Assembly: GCA_038087875.1 (NCBI GenBank)
Contig: CM075997.1
Coordinates: forward strand, 372,001-436,000
Reading direction: 5' to 3'
Length of the DNA stretch: 64,000 bases
Origin: Malacoraja senta
Taxonomy: Eukaryota
The notes under the pieces were generated by a model. That model was not told the origin of the DNA. It ran no database searches and saw only the letters and a list, made by a program, of their open reading frames with translations. Within the stretch, counting starts at the first letter, position 1, and each line of letters opens with the position of its first letter. The translations under genes were made by a program, and so were the position numbers. Below, piece after piece: positions 26,261 to 39,274 of the stretch.

Positions 26261-26976
26261 CAAGAAGGTTGTCCAAGAAGGACCTGAGCTGACACCGGTC
26301 GATCCCCATTGCGGACATTGGACTTTGTCTCTGGATCTGGTGCACCACAATGCTGAGAACTACACTCTGCATCTTCCCCTTTGCTCTGCCGATCGAGTTT
26401 GACTTGATTGTTTTTATGCATGGTAAAACTCTTGATCTCGAATGTCATGCCAAACAAAGTTTTTCACTGTACCTCAGTGCACGGGACAATAATAAACCTA
26501 CACCTGTACCTGAGGGTCTGCAGTTATAAAATTATAGAAAGTAAATGGATTGTGGCCAGGAGAATATTGCTATGGGAAAAAATCTGTCAGTAAAATCAAA
26601 TACGAGAGGGCATAGCATTAATTTGGGGAGGGCAATGTTTTAAGGAGATGTGCAGAGCTACTTTTCATTCACACAGAGGACAACGAGTGTATGAAACACT
26701 GCCAGGGATGGCGATGGAGGCAGACGCGATAGTGGCCTTGAAGAGATCTTCCAGACGCAATGGTGCAATGATACTTTATTTACCCACATGCACCAAGGTA
26801 CAGGGAAATTCATTTTTATATACAAACGATAGACTCAAAAAGCTGGAGTAACTCAGCGGGACAGTCAGCATCTCTGGAGAGAAAGGAATGGGCAATGTTT
26901 CAGGTGGAGACCCTTCTTCAGACTCTGTATTCAGACTTCAGTCTGAAGAAGGGACTCGACCCGAAACGCCACCCAT

Positions 26977-27107
26977 TGCAACCTTCCTGCAACAGTCCGC
27001 CCTGTTTCGACGAATGCAATCAACCTGGCGTGCACAATCAAATAAGATCAAATAGAACAAGTTGTCCTTCAACTTCAGGCTGTGCACGCCATACGTAAGA
27101 AGAAGAA
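26977..27107 (+). mobile_element. Short non-LTR 3' end with (AAG)n tail inserted into a Penelope repeat; second copy at ~5873-5998(-)
   Basis: Ends CCATACGTAAGAAGAAGAA; flanked by G(C/T)CACCCATT duplication; family uncertain (Vingi/Ingi-like tail, tentative). Confidence 0.55.
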
Positions 27108-27166
27108 GTCACCCATTCCTTCTCTCCAGAGATGCTGCCTGTCCCGCTGAGTTACTCCAGCTTTTT

Positions 27167-29097
27167 GTCAGTCAGTCAGTCTGTCAATTTTATTTGTATA
27201 CCACATTTAAAAACAACTCACGTTGACCCAAGTGCTTCACATCAGTGCAGGTACTAATGTGATACATACTATGGTACACAGACCCAACAATACATACATA
27301 AACTGTTTACAGAGCCCCCTCAGAGGGGCTCAAAAACGCTAGGGAGTAGAAATAGGTTTTGAGCCTCGATTTAAAGGAGTCGATGGAGGGGGGCAGTTCT
27401 GATGAGGAGCGGGATGCTGTTCCACAGTCTAGGTGCTGCAACCGCAAACGCGCGGTCACCCCTGAGCTTAAACCTAGACCGTGGGATAGTCAGTAGCCAC
27501 AAGTCGGCCGACCTGAGGGACCTGGAGGTAGGATGGTGGGTTAGAAGATTTTTGATGTAGGGGGAGGCAAGCCCGTTAAGGGCTTTGTATACGAATAAGA
27601 GGAGCTTGAAGTTGATTCTGTACCGTACTGGGAGCCAGTGGGGGAGAGGCCAGAATCGGGGTGATGTGGTCCCTTTTATGGAAGTCTCGCTGCGGCGTTT
27701 TGAACCAATTGCAGGTGGGACAGGGATGATTGGCTGATGCCAGTGTATAGGGAGTTGCAGTAATCAAGGCGGGAGGAGATGAATGCGTGGATTATTTTTC
27801 TCAAGGTCATCGAATTGGAGGAATGGTTTGATTTTAGCTATGGTACGAAGCTGGAAGAAACCAGCTTTTACCACAGAGTTGACTTGCTTGTCAAACTTTA
27901 ATGTGGACTCAAATATCACGCCAAGGTTTTTGACGTGCGGTTTGACTAAGGAGGTTAGGCTTCCAAGGCTGCTTGTTATCATTTTGATGGTGGAGGGGCC
28001 GGGTAGGATGACCTCAGACTTGCTCTCGTTTAGTTGGAGGAAGTTCTGGGCCATCCAACATTTTATGTCCTCGAGGCAGTGCATGAGGCTGATTAGATTT
28101 GACTGGTTGTTGGGTTTCAGGGGGAGATAGAGCTGTGTGTCATCTGCTTAACAGTGGAAAGAAATGCCGTGCCTTTGAATGACTTGGCCTAAGGGGAGCA
28201 TATACAGAGAGAAGAGAATGGGGCCAAGGATGGAGCCTTGTGGCAACCCGCAGTAAAGGCTAGCTGGGGAAGAGAAAGAAGAGAAAGGCCACAGTTTAAG
28301 AATAAGGAGTAAGCCATTTAGAACAGAGACAAGGAAACACTTTTTCTCACAGAGAGTTGTGAGTCTGTGGAATTCTCTGCCTCAGAGGGCGGTGGAGGCC
28401 GGTTCTCTGGATGCTTTCAAGAGAGAGCTAGATAGGGCTCTTAAAAATAGCGGAGTCAGGGGATATGGGGAGAAGGCAGGAACGGGGTACTGATTGGGGA
28501 TGATCAGCCATGATCACATTGAATGGCGGTGCTGGCTCGAAGGGCCGAATGGCCTACTCCTGCACCTATTGTCTATTGTCTAATTGCCTATGTTGGTAGA
28601 GGAACTCCTATCTTTGAGGTAGGAGATGAACCAGCTCAGGATGGTATTTTGGTGAAGATAAGGCATTAGTTGGTTTAGAATTACCTTTTCAGGGACTTTT
28701 GAGAGGAAAGGCAGTTTGGAAATAGGTCTGTAGTTGCTAGGCAAGGTGGGGTCTAGGTTGGGATTTTTCAGGAGGGGCTGGACCACCGCGTGCTTGAAAC
28801 AGGTTGGAACTGCGCCGGTGGCCAGAGAACTGTTGATGATAGAGAGGATGCTGGGACCGGCTATTGCAAAGACATCCTTCAGAAGGGCAGTGGGGAAAAC
28901 TTCGAAGGGGCAGGTTGCAGGTTTCATAGTGGAGACCAGCTTTACATGGGAGGGTAGAGTAACGGGTTGGAAACAGTCTAATTTAGAAAAACAGACCAAT
29001 GAGACAGCCAGGTCACGGGTGGGAGGGGAAATATTCGTTCTAATGTTCTCAACTTTGCTGGTGAAAAATGTAGAGAATTCTTTGCACTTAGCAGGGG
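27167..29097 (-). mobile_element. L2-clade LINE, 5'-truncated and degenerate, interrupted by a CR1 3' end at ~28287-28580
   Basis: [61 protein letters not shown]2-type tail. Confidence 0.88.
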
Positions 29098-29597
29098 ACC
29101 CAGCTAATCTTCGGTTTAAACTAGCATCTGCAGTTCCTTCCTATACAATTCTATATGCAGTCCAGCATACACAAGCATCTTAGATATATCTTAGATGAAC
29201 ATCTCAGATACAGTACTCGTGTGAAGCAGTCGTACACTGAGAGAGAGTCACCAGTTTTTGCCGCCATTTCCAAGTCCCAGTTGTTGTAAGTGCAGGGATC
29301 TCGACCTGACCATGAAGGCCCGTTGTCATGGCAACGTTGCAGGGTCGGCCTGGCCAAGCGTGGCCGTGGTGTCCCCGCCGCTGTAGGCCGCGTGCGGTCC
29401 ACGTGCTGCTGCAGGGCCTCCAGCGGCCCACTCCCCCCGTCTAGACCATGCACTCCCTCCCGCAGCCCGTCTGCTCACCGCCCACCCCCCGCCCCCCTGT
29501 CAGAAACCTTCCCCTCTGGGCGAGCCGGGCCTTGCGGGCGGGTTCCTGGTCTGGAGAGAATGGAGGGATATGGATTATGTGCAAGCAGATTTTTAAT

Positions 29598-31290
29598 TTT
29601 TTAATTTTTTTTTAATTTAACCTTTATTTAACCAGGAGAAGTCTCATTAAGATTAAAAATCTCTTTTACAAGAGAGTCCTGGATAAGACAGGCAGCAGCA
29701 CAGTTCCACAGTTACAGACAATAATTTAAAAACAACAGAGAACATATAAATAGAATCACAGTCAGAATATCATCAAACAAAGCATGTACAGACAGAAGAG
29801 CCCGCTTCAACATCATTAAGAAGGGATTTAAATCTGTTTATAGAAACTAGCTCCTTAAGTTTCAGTTCATTCTGCAGCTGGTTCCATGCGCAGGGAGCAG
29901 CAAAACTAAATGCCCTTTACCCCCAGTTCAGTACGGACTTTAGGTACAGTTAGTAAGAACAATTCCTCAGAGCGGAGCTGATAAGTTCCTGTGCTTTTTG
30001 GAATTACATACTTCTGCAGGTATGAAGGAAGAACACCGAGGATAGTCTTATAAATAAGGATATGCCAATGATGGAGTCTGCGGGAGGACAGGACAAACCA
30101 TCCTACTTGAGCATACAAAGAGCAGTGGTGCGTGAGGGTTTTAAAATTAGTAACAAATCTCAGTGCTCCGTGGTAGATCGTGTCCAAAGACTGTAGGCAT
30201 TTTGAAGATGCGTTCATATATAAAACATCACCATAGTCCAACACAGACATAAACGTTGCAGCAACAAGTCTTTTTTTGGCTTCAAAAGAAAAACAAGATT
30301 TGTTTCTAAAGTAAAAACCTAATTTTATCTTTAGTTTTTTTCACAAGTTGCTGGATATGAGGTTTAAAAGAGAGAGAATCGTCAATTATAACTCCCAGAT
30401 ATTTATATTGAGACACAGATTCAAGCACAGATCCCTGCAAAGTGGTGATAGGTGGGAGGTCCGAGGGCTTTGATTTAGCTTTAGTGAACAGCATGAGCTT
30501 TGTCTTGTCAGCATTTAAAACAAGTTTTAAATCACACAGGTTACGTTTCACAGTGTTAAAAGCAGTTTGGAGCTGACAGAGAGCCTGATTTGGGGTAGAC
30601 GCAGAGCAATATATCACTGTGTCGTCAGCATAAAAGTGAAAATTTGCGTTCGGAGCTTTATGATCTAGACTATTAATATAAATAGTAAATAATAAAGGTC
30701 CTAGAACCGATCCCTGTGGCACACCCTTGGATACATTAAGAGAGCTAGAAGTAATACCTGGTACACAAAAATGCTGGAGAAACTCAGCGGGTGCAGCAGC
30801 ATCTATGGAGCGAAGGAAATAGGCAAAGTTTCGGGCCGAAACCCTTCTTCAGACGGTAATACCTTCTGCTCGCACACACTGGGATCTGCCTGATAGATAG
30901 TTTTTAAACCAACAGACAGCTTGATCAGACAAACCGATGCTGCATAGTCTTTGTAACAATAAGGCATGATCCACAGTCTCGAAAGCCTTTGATAGGTCAA
31001 CGAAAAGGGCTGCACAGTGTTGCTTATTGTCTAAAAAGTCAATAAAATCATTTACTACTTTTAAAGCAGCTGTTGACGTACTATATTTTTTCCTAAAACC
31101 AGATTGAACTTCAGATAAAATATTGTTAGTTGATAAAAAGTCCTTCAGTTGCTGGTTTACAATGGATTCCAGCACCTTAATTAAAACAGACAGTTTGGAG
31201 ATGGGCCTATAGTTGTTTAGCACAGTGGGGTCCCCCCCTTTTAACAGTGGGAGAACAAAGGCAGATTTCCAAATAAGGGGAATTTGAGCT
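29598..31290 (-). mobile_element. L2/CR1-group LINE RT region with few disruptions
   Basis: [54 protein letters not shown]; 3' end CCTGGTTAAATAAAGGTTAAA; a Penelope repeat is inserted at 30760-30855 with GTAATACCT TSD. Confidence 0.9.
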
Positions 31291-31978
31291 CTATCTAACT
31301 TCAGCATGGACGTTGTGGGCCGAAGGGCCTGATACTGTGCTGTACTGTTCTATGTTCTAAAAGTTTAGGTATTGGGAGGGACTCGAACCGGGTTTTCATG
31401 TTTGTCAGCAATCAGAAGGCAACTGACTCCCCCCCCCCCCCCCCCATTCCCATGGCTGCCATCAATCTCGTGTTAATAACCAGTTGTCACATTAGAGACT
31501 GCAGGCATTCCTGTACGCAGTGTTGCAGAAAACCGAACATGGTGCAGGCTCCGCAACAAAACAGGGCGGTGAGGGTGCTAGGCATGCGTGCACGCAACCA
31601 GTTCTCAAAGAGTGATACAGCGTGGAAACCGGCCCTTCGACCCAACTTGCCCACACCGTCCCACCTAGACAATAGACAATAGGTGCAGGAGTAGGCCATT
31701 TGGCCCTTCGAGCCAGCACCGCCATTCAATGTGATCATGGCTGATCATCCCCAATCAGTACCCCGTTCCTGCCTTCTCCCCATATCCCCCTGACTCCGCT
31801 ATCTTTAAGAGCCCTCTCTTGAAAGCATCCAGAGAACCTGCCTCTGAGGCAGAGAATTCCACAGACTCACCACACTCGGTGAGAAAAAATGTTTCCTACA
31901 CTAGTCCCACCTGCCTGCGCTTGGTCCATATCCCTCCAAACCTGTCCCATCCAAGTACCGGTCTAGCTGTTTCTTAAA

Positions 31979-32325
31979 GTGTTAAAGAAGGAACTGCAGA
32001 TGCTGGAAAATCGAAGGTACACAAAAATGCTGGAGAAACTCAGCGGGTGCAGCAGCATCTATGGAGCGAAGGAAATAGGCAACGTTTCGGGCCGAAACCC
32101 TTCCGGGTTTCGGCCCGAAACGTTGCCTATTTCCTACAGGGTTTCGGCCCGAAACGTTGCCTATTTCCTTCCGGGTTTCGGCCCGAAACCTTGCCTATTT
32201 CCTTCCGGGTTTCGGCCCGAAACGTTGCCTATTTCCTTCAGGGTTTCGGCCCGAAACGTTGCTTATTTCCTTCGCTCCATAGATGCTGCTGCACCCGCTG
32301 AGTTTCTCCAGCATTTTTGTGTACC
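31979..32325. mobile_element. Penelope-derived inverted repeat containing five 34-bp tandem units
   Basis: Units GGGTTTCGGCCCGAAACGTTGCCTATTTCCTTCC at 32105, 32139, 32173, 32207, 32241; TSD CTA(G/A)CTGTTTCTTAAA at 31963-31978 and 32326-32341. Confidence 0.8.
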
Positions 32326-32820
32326 CTAACTGTTTCTTAAACGTTGGGATAGTCCCAGCCTCAACTACCTCCTCTGGCATAGGCCCGACTATGGGTGGAC
32401 ATGGGATGGGGTCTGGACTTTGTGCTTCCCCCCACAGTGGGGAACCATTGTGGGGGGGGGGGGATGTTTTTATGTTTATTGTTAAATTTCTTTAATGTTG
32501 TGTCTAGTTCGTGCTGCATGGCAAGACAAATTTCACCACACCAATTGGTGTGTGTGACAATAAATGTCCTTTGTCCTTTGTCCTTTGTCGTTCCATACAC
32601 CCACCAGTTAGAGACATTACAGTTGGCCTTCATAGCAAGAGGATTTGAGTATAGGAGCAGGGAGGTTCTACTGCAGTTGTACAGGGTCTTGGTGAGACCA
32701 CACCTGGAGTATTGCGTGCAGTTTTGGTCTCCAAATCTGAGGAAGGACATTATAGCCATAGAGGGAGTGCAGAGAAGGTTCACCAGACTGATTCCTGGGA
32801 TGTCAGGGCTTTCATATGAA

Positions 32821-33020
32821 NNNNNNNNNNNNNNNNNNNNNNNNNNNNNNNNNNNNNNNNNNNNNNNNNNNNNNNNNNNNNNNNNNNNNNNNNNNNNNNN
32901 NNNNNNNNNNNNNNNNNNNNNNNNNNNNNNNNNNNNNNNNNNNNNNNNNNNNNNNNNNNNNNNNNNNNNNNNNNNNNNNNNNNNNNNNNNNNNNNNNNNN
33001 NNNNNNNNNNNNNNNNNNNN
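32821..33020. other. Assembly gap (200 N)
   Basis: Run of N; a CR1 fragment (32620-32820) is truncated at its left edge. Confidence 1.
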
Positions 33021-33711
33021 GATGATTCACTAGTAATGAGTAGAAACCAGGAACTGCAGATGCTGGTTTACAAAAAGTTCTGGAATAAAAACGAATCAGA
33101 CCAGACAACATTCCTGGAAAAAGGAGGAGGTGACGTTTCAGACTGGACCCAAAAGTCACCTTTTCCTCTCTTCCAGAGATGCTGCTTGACCCCACTGAGT
33201 TACTCCAGCACTTTGTGTCTATCTTTGGTTGAAACCAGCATCTGCAGTTCCCTCCTACACTAGATTGGTTGAACATGGATTCAGTAGCTCACCTGATTTT
33301 TGTCACTTCCTGACATGCTAGTCAGCAGGTTCACAACCTGTGGCTCACTGAGTCAACATATTTGCTTCCCAGTCGGAAGAATGTGTGTTCAACGCCCATT
33401 CTAGGGAACGTGAGACCAAGATTTAGACGAATGCTGCAGGCTGGGTCAGAAGGAGTGCTGAAGTGTGGCTTGTCCTTCAGAGAGACTTTTGGTGACTTTA
33501 TCTGCTGTGTCAGTTGTATGTTTTTTTTTAATCCATAGCAATTTTTTAAAAGAAGAACAGGGAAGTCTTTAAATGTTTTAAAGAAGAACAGTTCTTGTGT
33601 TTTGTGCAATATTTATTCCTCAATTAAAGTTTGATCACATTGGTTAATGTGGCACAGTGGTGCTGCTGGAGAGATGCACTCTCACAGCAAGAGACCTGGG
33701 TTTGATTCTTA

Positions 33712-34028
33712 AACCCCTGTCCCACGGTACGAGTTCATTCCAAAGCTCTCCCGAATTTGCCCTGATTCGAACTCGGAGACTTACGGTAATGGCCGCTCGT
33801 CGGTACTCGGGGCTCTCGTGGACGTTGAAAAATCTTCACAAGTCTTCCCGTGCTTACCTGCCGTTAGCGAGTCTTCCCGAGTACCTGCCGTTCGCGTTAT
33901 GAGCCGGCAAGAGACGTCCCCGAGCTCCGACGTACCCGCTACGTTCATTCTCCGTGCTTACCACGAGTTTGATTTTTTAAAAACTCGGGAGAGCTCTTGG
34001 AATGAACTCGTACCGTGGGACAGGGCTA
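33712..34028. mobile_element. PIF/Harbinger-type MITE family A, inserted into a V-SINE
   Basis: Long TIR CCCTGTCCCACGGTACGAGTTCATTCCAA; flanks TTA/TAA. Confidence 0.8.
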
Positions 34029-35345
34029 TAACTACGGGTCTTGCCTTTATGGAGTTTATACATTCTCCCTGTTTCCTCCGGGTGCTCCGGTTTCCTCCCA
34101 CACCCCAAAGATGTGTGGGTTTGTTGGCTAATTGGCTTCTGTGATTTGTCTCCAGATACAACTAATATAAGGGTGATCGTTGGTCACTGTGAACTCGGGA
34201 GCCTGTTATCACACAGTATCTGTAAAATTAATAAAGAAACAATCTGCCACTTTCCATTGCTGCTCGATGGAGTTTGTCCTGCACAAATTGACTGTCAGCT
34301 TCCCCAGGTTATGGCCATTCAACAGACTGCAGATTTATCACTGTGCCTGAATTCATCTTGCCTTGTGTCATCATGAACGATGCTTCAGAAACGCCGGTCT
34401 GTCTGGCTTTTGCTAATCTTCTCTTCATTTTCCATAAACCGATCCATTGCCTGGTGACGAGAGGAAAGCTCTGGGGAACTGCGTGCTGTCTGTAAACACA
34501 CACTCGATCTCCTGGTGTCCCCCCCCCCCCCTGGTGTCTCTCTTCAAGGCACAGTTCCCAATCTTATGTGCAAGGAGCCATCTATATTAACAAATTAACA
34601 AAAGGCAAAAAGTCTGTAAATCCTGAAAATCTGAAATAAAAACAAAATGGAAATAGTCTGTACATCGGGCCCTGAAACATTAAATGTGTAGAAAGGAACT
34701 GCAGGTACTGGTTTATACTGAAGATAGACACAAAGTGCTGGAGTAATTCAGCGGGTCAGGCAGCATCTGTGGAGAAAAAGGATGGGTGACGTTTCGGCTT
34801 GGGACCTAGTGTGAAGAAGTGTCCTGAACTGAAACATCACCCATCCCTTTGATGCACCAGAGAGCTAAATGCAACAGGAAAAACAACCTGTTTATATTTG
34901 CAGAGAAGAGTTAGTCTCTGGAACCCATTGCCTGGTGCGGATGGGGTCAGATCATGTTGTACGTTTCAAACCACATTAGACTATGATTGATGGAGAGAAA
35001 TGAGAGGGTGGTGTGGATCCGCGATGATTCTGGCACCCTTTTTTAGACGGCATCACTTATGGATCTCTTCGATGGGTCGAGACCCTTCTTCATACCCGAA
35101 ACGTCACCTACTCCATCTCTCCATAGATGCCGCCTTGCCCGCTGAGTTCCTCCAGCATTTTGTGTCTATCTTCGATTTAAACCAGCATCTGCAATTCTTT
35201 CCTACACAATACATTTCAGAAATGGGTTTCTTCATTTAGTTTTTGTTCTCTGTGGGATTTTAACTCATTCACAGCATGTTAATGAATGGAATACCACATT
35301 GAGGTCAGCAACTATAAACCTTACTGTAGTTTTGTTTAGAGGTAC

Positions 35346-35643
35346 TTTTTTTAAAATGTCAAAATACACTTTATTCAAGTAATAAATATATACAATACAG
35401 GAACCGTACAAATAATTCTTCCGACATTTTCGGAGTCTATACAAACATTCAATACTGTTTACACACATTGCTCACATTTCACAAATTTACCCCCCACCCT
35501 TTCCACTCATGATGCCCACTGGCGTGGAATCCCTTCCCTTATTTTTGAGGGGCGTCTCCACCACACCCTGCCCCCCATGTCCAGCAGCGGAAGGAACCTA
35601 GACTGGTCCTTTCCCACCGAGCCTTGGCCTTGGCTGCACCAAG
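35346..35643 (-). mobile_element. Tx1/L1-like 3' end with AATAAA and A tail, with TSD
   Basis: GTTTTGTTTAGAG at 35329-35341 and 35644-35656. Confidence 0.7.
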
Positions 35644-35963
35644 GTTTTGTTTAGAGATACAAATATTGAAACAGGCCCCTCAGCCCACCGGGTCCCTGCC
35701 AACCATCGATCACCTGTTCTCACTAGTAGTTTGTTATCCCATTTTCCCTTCACATTATGGGCCAATTTCAGAGTCCACTTAATCTACAATTAACTTCTGT
35801 AAACTCTGGTTGCACTAAGCTTTGATTTTTTTTCACTAATATTACTGTTATGTTATTGATAAAAGAAAACTAATGATATTATCTACGTAGACAAAAGTGC
35901 GGCAGCATCTATGGAGCGAAGGAAATAGGCAACGTTTCGGGCCGAAACCCTTCTTCAGTCTAC

Positions 35964-36050
35964 GTGTTATTTACTGGTCTGTTAACTAGTGTTATTTACT
36001 GGCCTGTTAACTAGTGTTATTTACTGGCCTGTTAACTAGTGTTATTTACT
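35964..36050. repeat. 25-bp minisatellite, ~3.5 copies
   Basis: GTGTTATTTACTGG(T/C)CTGTTAACTA at 35964, 35989, 36014, partial at 36039. Confidence 0.9.
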
Positions 36051-36683
36051 ACCCTTTAAACCTGTGCAAGTAAGAATTTAATTGTTGCATTGGCGGCACA
36101 CATAACAATTAAACTCTCTTGACTGTTGATTTGTTACACGTTGCTAACAAGGCCACCATTTATCACCCACCCCTTCGCGCCAAGGCCAAGTCAGTGAATT
36201 ATTGTAGTAATTTGGTAGGCCCGAGTGGATTGGTGAATTGCTTCAGAGAGGATTACTACAAATCTGGCTTGCATGTAGGTCAGACCTGTGTAGGAACAGC
36301 AAATTTCACCCCCTATTTGACATCCACAAAGTGAATGCGTTTTCATGGTTGTTGGTAGGTTTTGTAGTCACCATTATTGATGCAGCCGCCTTATTGTGGA
36401 TTAATGTCATTGTTTCCCCTGCTCTAGGGAGGCTTAATGAATCCAGAATTGCTCAGGTCTGCCAGTCCTATGCCACTGCCACTATATCGTCATTCTTTCT
36501 TTTTATTGATTTTCTTTCTTTCATTTTATCATTGTGAAACCTGCCCCTTGGGGCAGTGTGGCCAGAAGCCAAAAGAGCAGTGGCTTTGTCAATGCTGCTG
36601 CTTCACCAGCACTGAGCACATTAAATCGGGGGCTCATCAGTGCGACTTTCAGTGCAGTTCACTTCCAATGTTGAAATGAGCAA

Positions 36684-37025
36684 GAGGCAGGAAACATGTT
36701 CCCGATGTTGGGGGAGTCCAGAACCAGGGGCCACACAGTTTAAGAATAAGGAGTAATCCATTTAAAACGGAGACGAGGAAACACTTTTTCTCACAGAGAG
36801 TGGTGAGTCTGTGGAATTCTCTGCCTCAGAGGGCGGTGGAGGCCGGTTCTCTGGATGCTTTCAAGAGAGAGCTAGATAGGGCTCTTAAAAATAGCGAAGT
36901 CCGGGGATATGGGGACCAGGCAGGAACGGGGTACTGATTGGGGATGATCAGCCATGATCACATTGAATGGCGGTGCTGGCTCGAAGGGCCGAATGGCCTA
37001 CTCCTGCACCTATCGTCTATTGTCT
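36684..37025 (+). mobile_element. CR1 LINE 3' fragment
   Basis: EAGNMFPMLGESRTRGH.., 3'UTR and CTATTGT tail. Confidence 0.88.
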
Positions 37026-39274
37026 AAGATAGTATGAATTATGGTTGGCTGACTGACTCTGCGAGGACAAGAAGCCCATAAAGGGATTCTGATGTCCGTG
37101 TTTCTGGTAATCAGCATCATCATCATCGTTGAGATCATCAACGGGCGCAGTGCTTTACAATGCTGTGTACGACAGTGATCGCAACTTCTACTGAAGTGTG
37201 GATGGCCGTTGGCTCACTAGAAGCTCATCCGCCGTTTGACAGGTCTTGTTTTTGGTCCTGCAGGGGGTCCACATCACCCTCCCCTGACAGCAGTCTGAAG
37301 AAGGGTCTCGACCCGAAACGTCGGCCATTCCTTCTCTCCAGAGATGCTGCCTGCCCCGCTGAGTTATTCCAGCAATTTGTGTCCCTTTAACTTGGCATCA
37401 TGTTCAGTACAAACATAGTGGGGTGAAAGGTGTGTTCCTGTGCTATATGTTGTAAATAAGAAGATGATGAGTATTAATATCAATAAACTAGGAGTAGCAT
37501 TGGAAACATCGAAAGAAAACGTGTTGCATGCAAATATAAACCAGAGGAAGATGTTTGATCTTTTTGAGCCATAAGATCGTGGCTGAATTATAATAATTTT
37601 CTTGCCAGATCCTCGGTTCCTTGGTGTCTAAATATTTATTAGTCTTTGTCCTTGAAAATGCTCCATGACTGATCATCCACAGCTTGGCATGGTGGCGCAG
37701 TGGTAGAGGTTGCTGCCAGAGACCCGGGTTCGATCCTAACTACGGGTGCTGTCTGTGCGGAGTTTGCACGTCCTTCCTGTGACAGCGTGGGTTTTCTCCA
37801 GGTACTCCGGTTTCCTCCCGCACTTCAAAGACGTGTGGGTTTGTCGGTTAATTGGCTTGGGTAAAATTGTCAATTGTCCCTTGTGTGTGGGATAGCGCTG
37901 GTGTGCGGGGTGAATGCTGGTCCGCGCGACTCGGTTGGGCCGAAGGGTCTGTTTCCCTGCAGCATCTCCAAAACTAAAGCTGCCTGGATCAGGGAATGCC
38001 TTGGGATCTGTAAAGAAATGCCTCCGTATTTCAGTCCTGATGGTGTGCCCTTTATCCTGAGCACGTGGCTCTATTTTTAGCCTCCCCAGCCGGAGGGGAA
38101 CAACCATGCAGCAGCCACGGTTCATGTTTAATGAGGTCACTGCTCTTTACTTATACCCCCGAAAGATGTGTAAGAAAGAACTGCTGATGCTGGTTTAGAT
38201 CGAAGGGAGACACAAAACGCTGGAGTAACTCAGCGGGTGAGGCAGCATCTCTGGAGAGAAGGAATGGGCGACGTTTCGGGTTGAGACCCTAGGGTTTTTG
38301 AAGGCCGCTTTTGGGATAGTTTTGTTTATTGTTGTCATGTGTACTGAGGTACGGTGAAAAGCTTGCGTTTGCATGTTGTCCGCTCAAACAAAAGACTTTG
38401 CATGTATACAATCAAGCTGTCCACAGTGTACAGGTAAAGAATAAACAGTACACAGATAATGCAAGATAAAGTCTGATTAAAGATAGCTCAAAGGTCTCCA
38501 ATGAGATAGATGGGAGTTCAGGACCCACTCTAGCTGACGATGAGGACCATTCAGTTTCCTGATAACAACTGGGAAGAAACCGCCCCTGAATCTGGAGGTG
38601 TGCGTTTTCAAACGTATCTACCTCTTGCCTGATGGGAGAGGGGGTGACCAGGGTATAGAGCACTCTTGGTGCAGGGAGTTGAGCAAATTCACTGCTTGAA
38701 CGGGACTTTGAACTGTCTGCTGTTGTGCTGCAGAAGAACGATACTCCTCAATTGAATCTACAGCATTCTTCCAAACAACTAATTATAGAATAACTCCTGA
38801 TCATCATAATGTCACGTGAGCGATACTGCTGTGCGGAGAATGCCTGCCAACAATCATTGCAGTTCAGTAGAACTGATTAGAAATGTCTTTTCAACCCGTT
38901 GCGTTTACAAGTCACAATGAAACATTCGTTTAAGTTGCTCACAATTCCAATTGGAGCCAGCTCTGATAGCCTTTGAATGTAATCTCGACCTTTTGCCAAC
39001 TTTAGATCAAGAATTCTAAGTGCAAACAGGCACAAGGCAGAGCTGACGGATGAGTGAGTGCAAGAGAAATGTAATTAAAAACTTATTAACAGAAATATTA
39101 ATCTGGTGTAATTTATTTTAGAAGCTGACTTCTCTGGAACTCACGATAAATAGAATAGTTTTCAAAGATACAACAATTCAGAATGCAAATACTTCCCAGC
39201 TCTTAGTTCACCGCAGGTTCACCATCACCGGGGTTTGCTGCCTCACAGCGCCAGAGACGCGGGTTCCATCATGT

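Noticed and set aside
29400..29550. GC-rich tract as PPP1R37 promoter or exon 1
   Set aside because: Short, contiguous with an interspersed repeat, and has no RVxF/DPWR coding match or suitable donor.
32105..32275. CRISPR-like array of ~34-bp palindromic repeats
   Set aside because: Units are contiguous with no unique spacers, there are no cas genes, the context is vertebrate, and the unit derives from the Penelope repeat.
32395..33276. ORFs spanning the N run
   Set aside because: Artefacts of translating the assembly gap.
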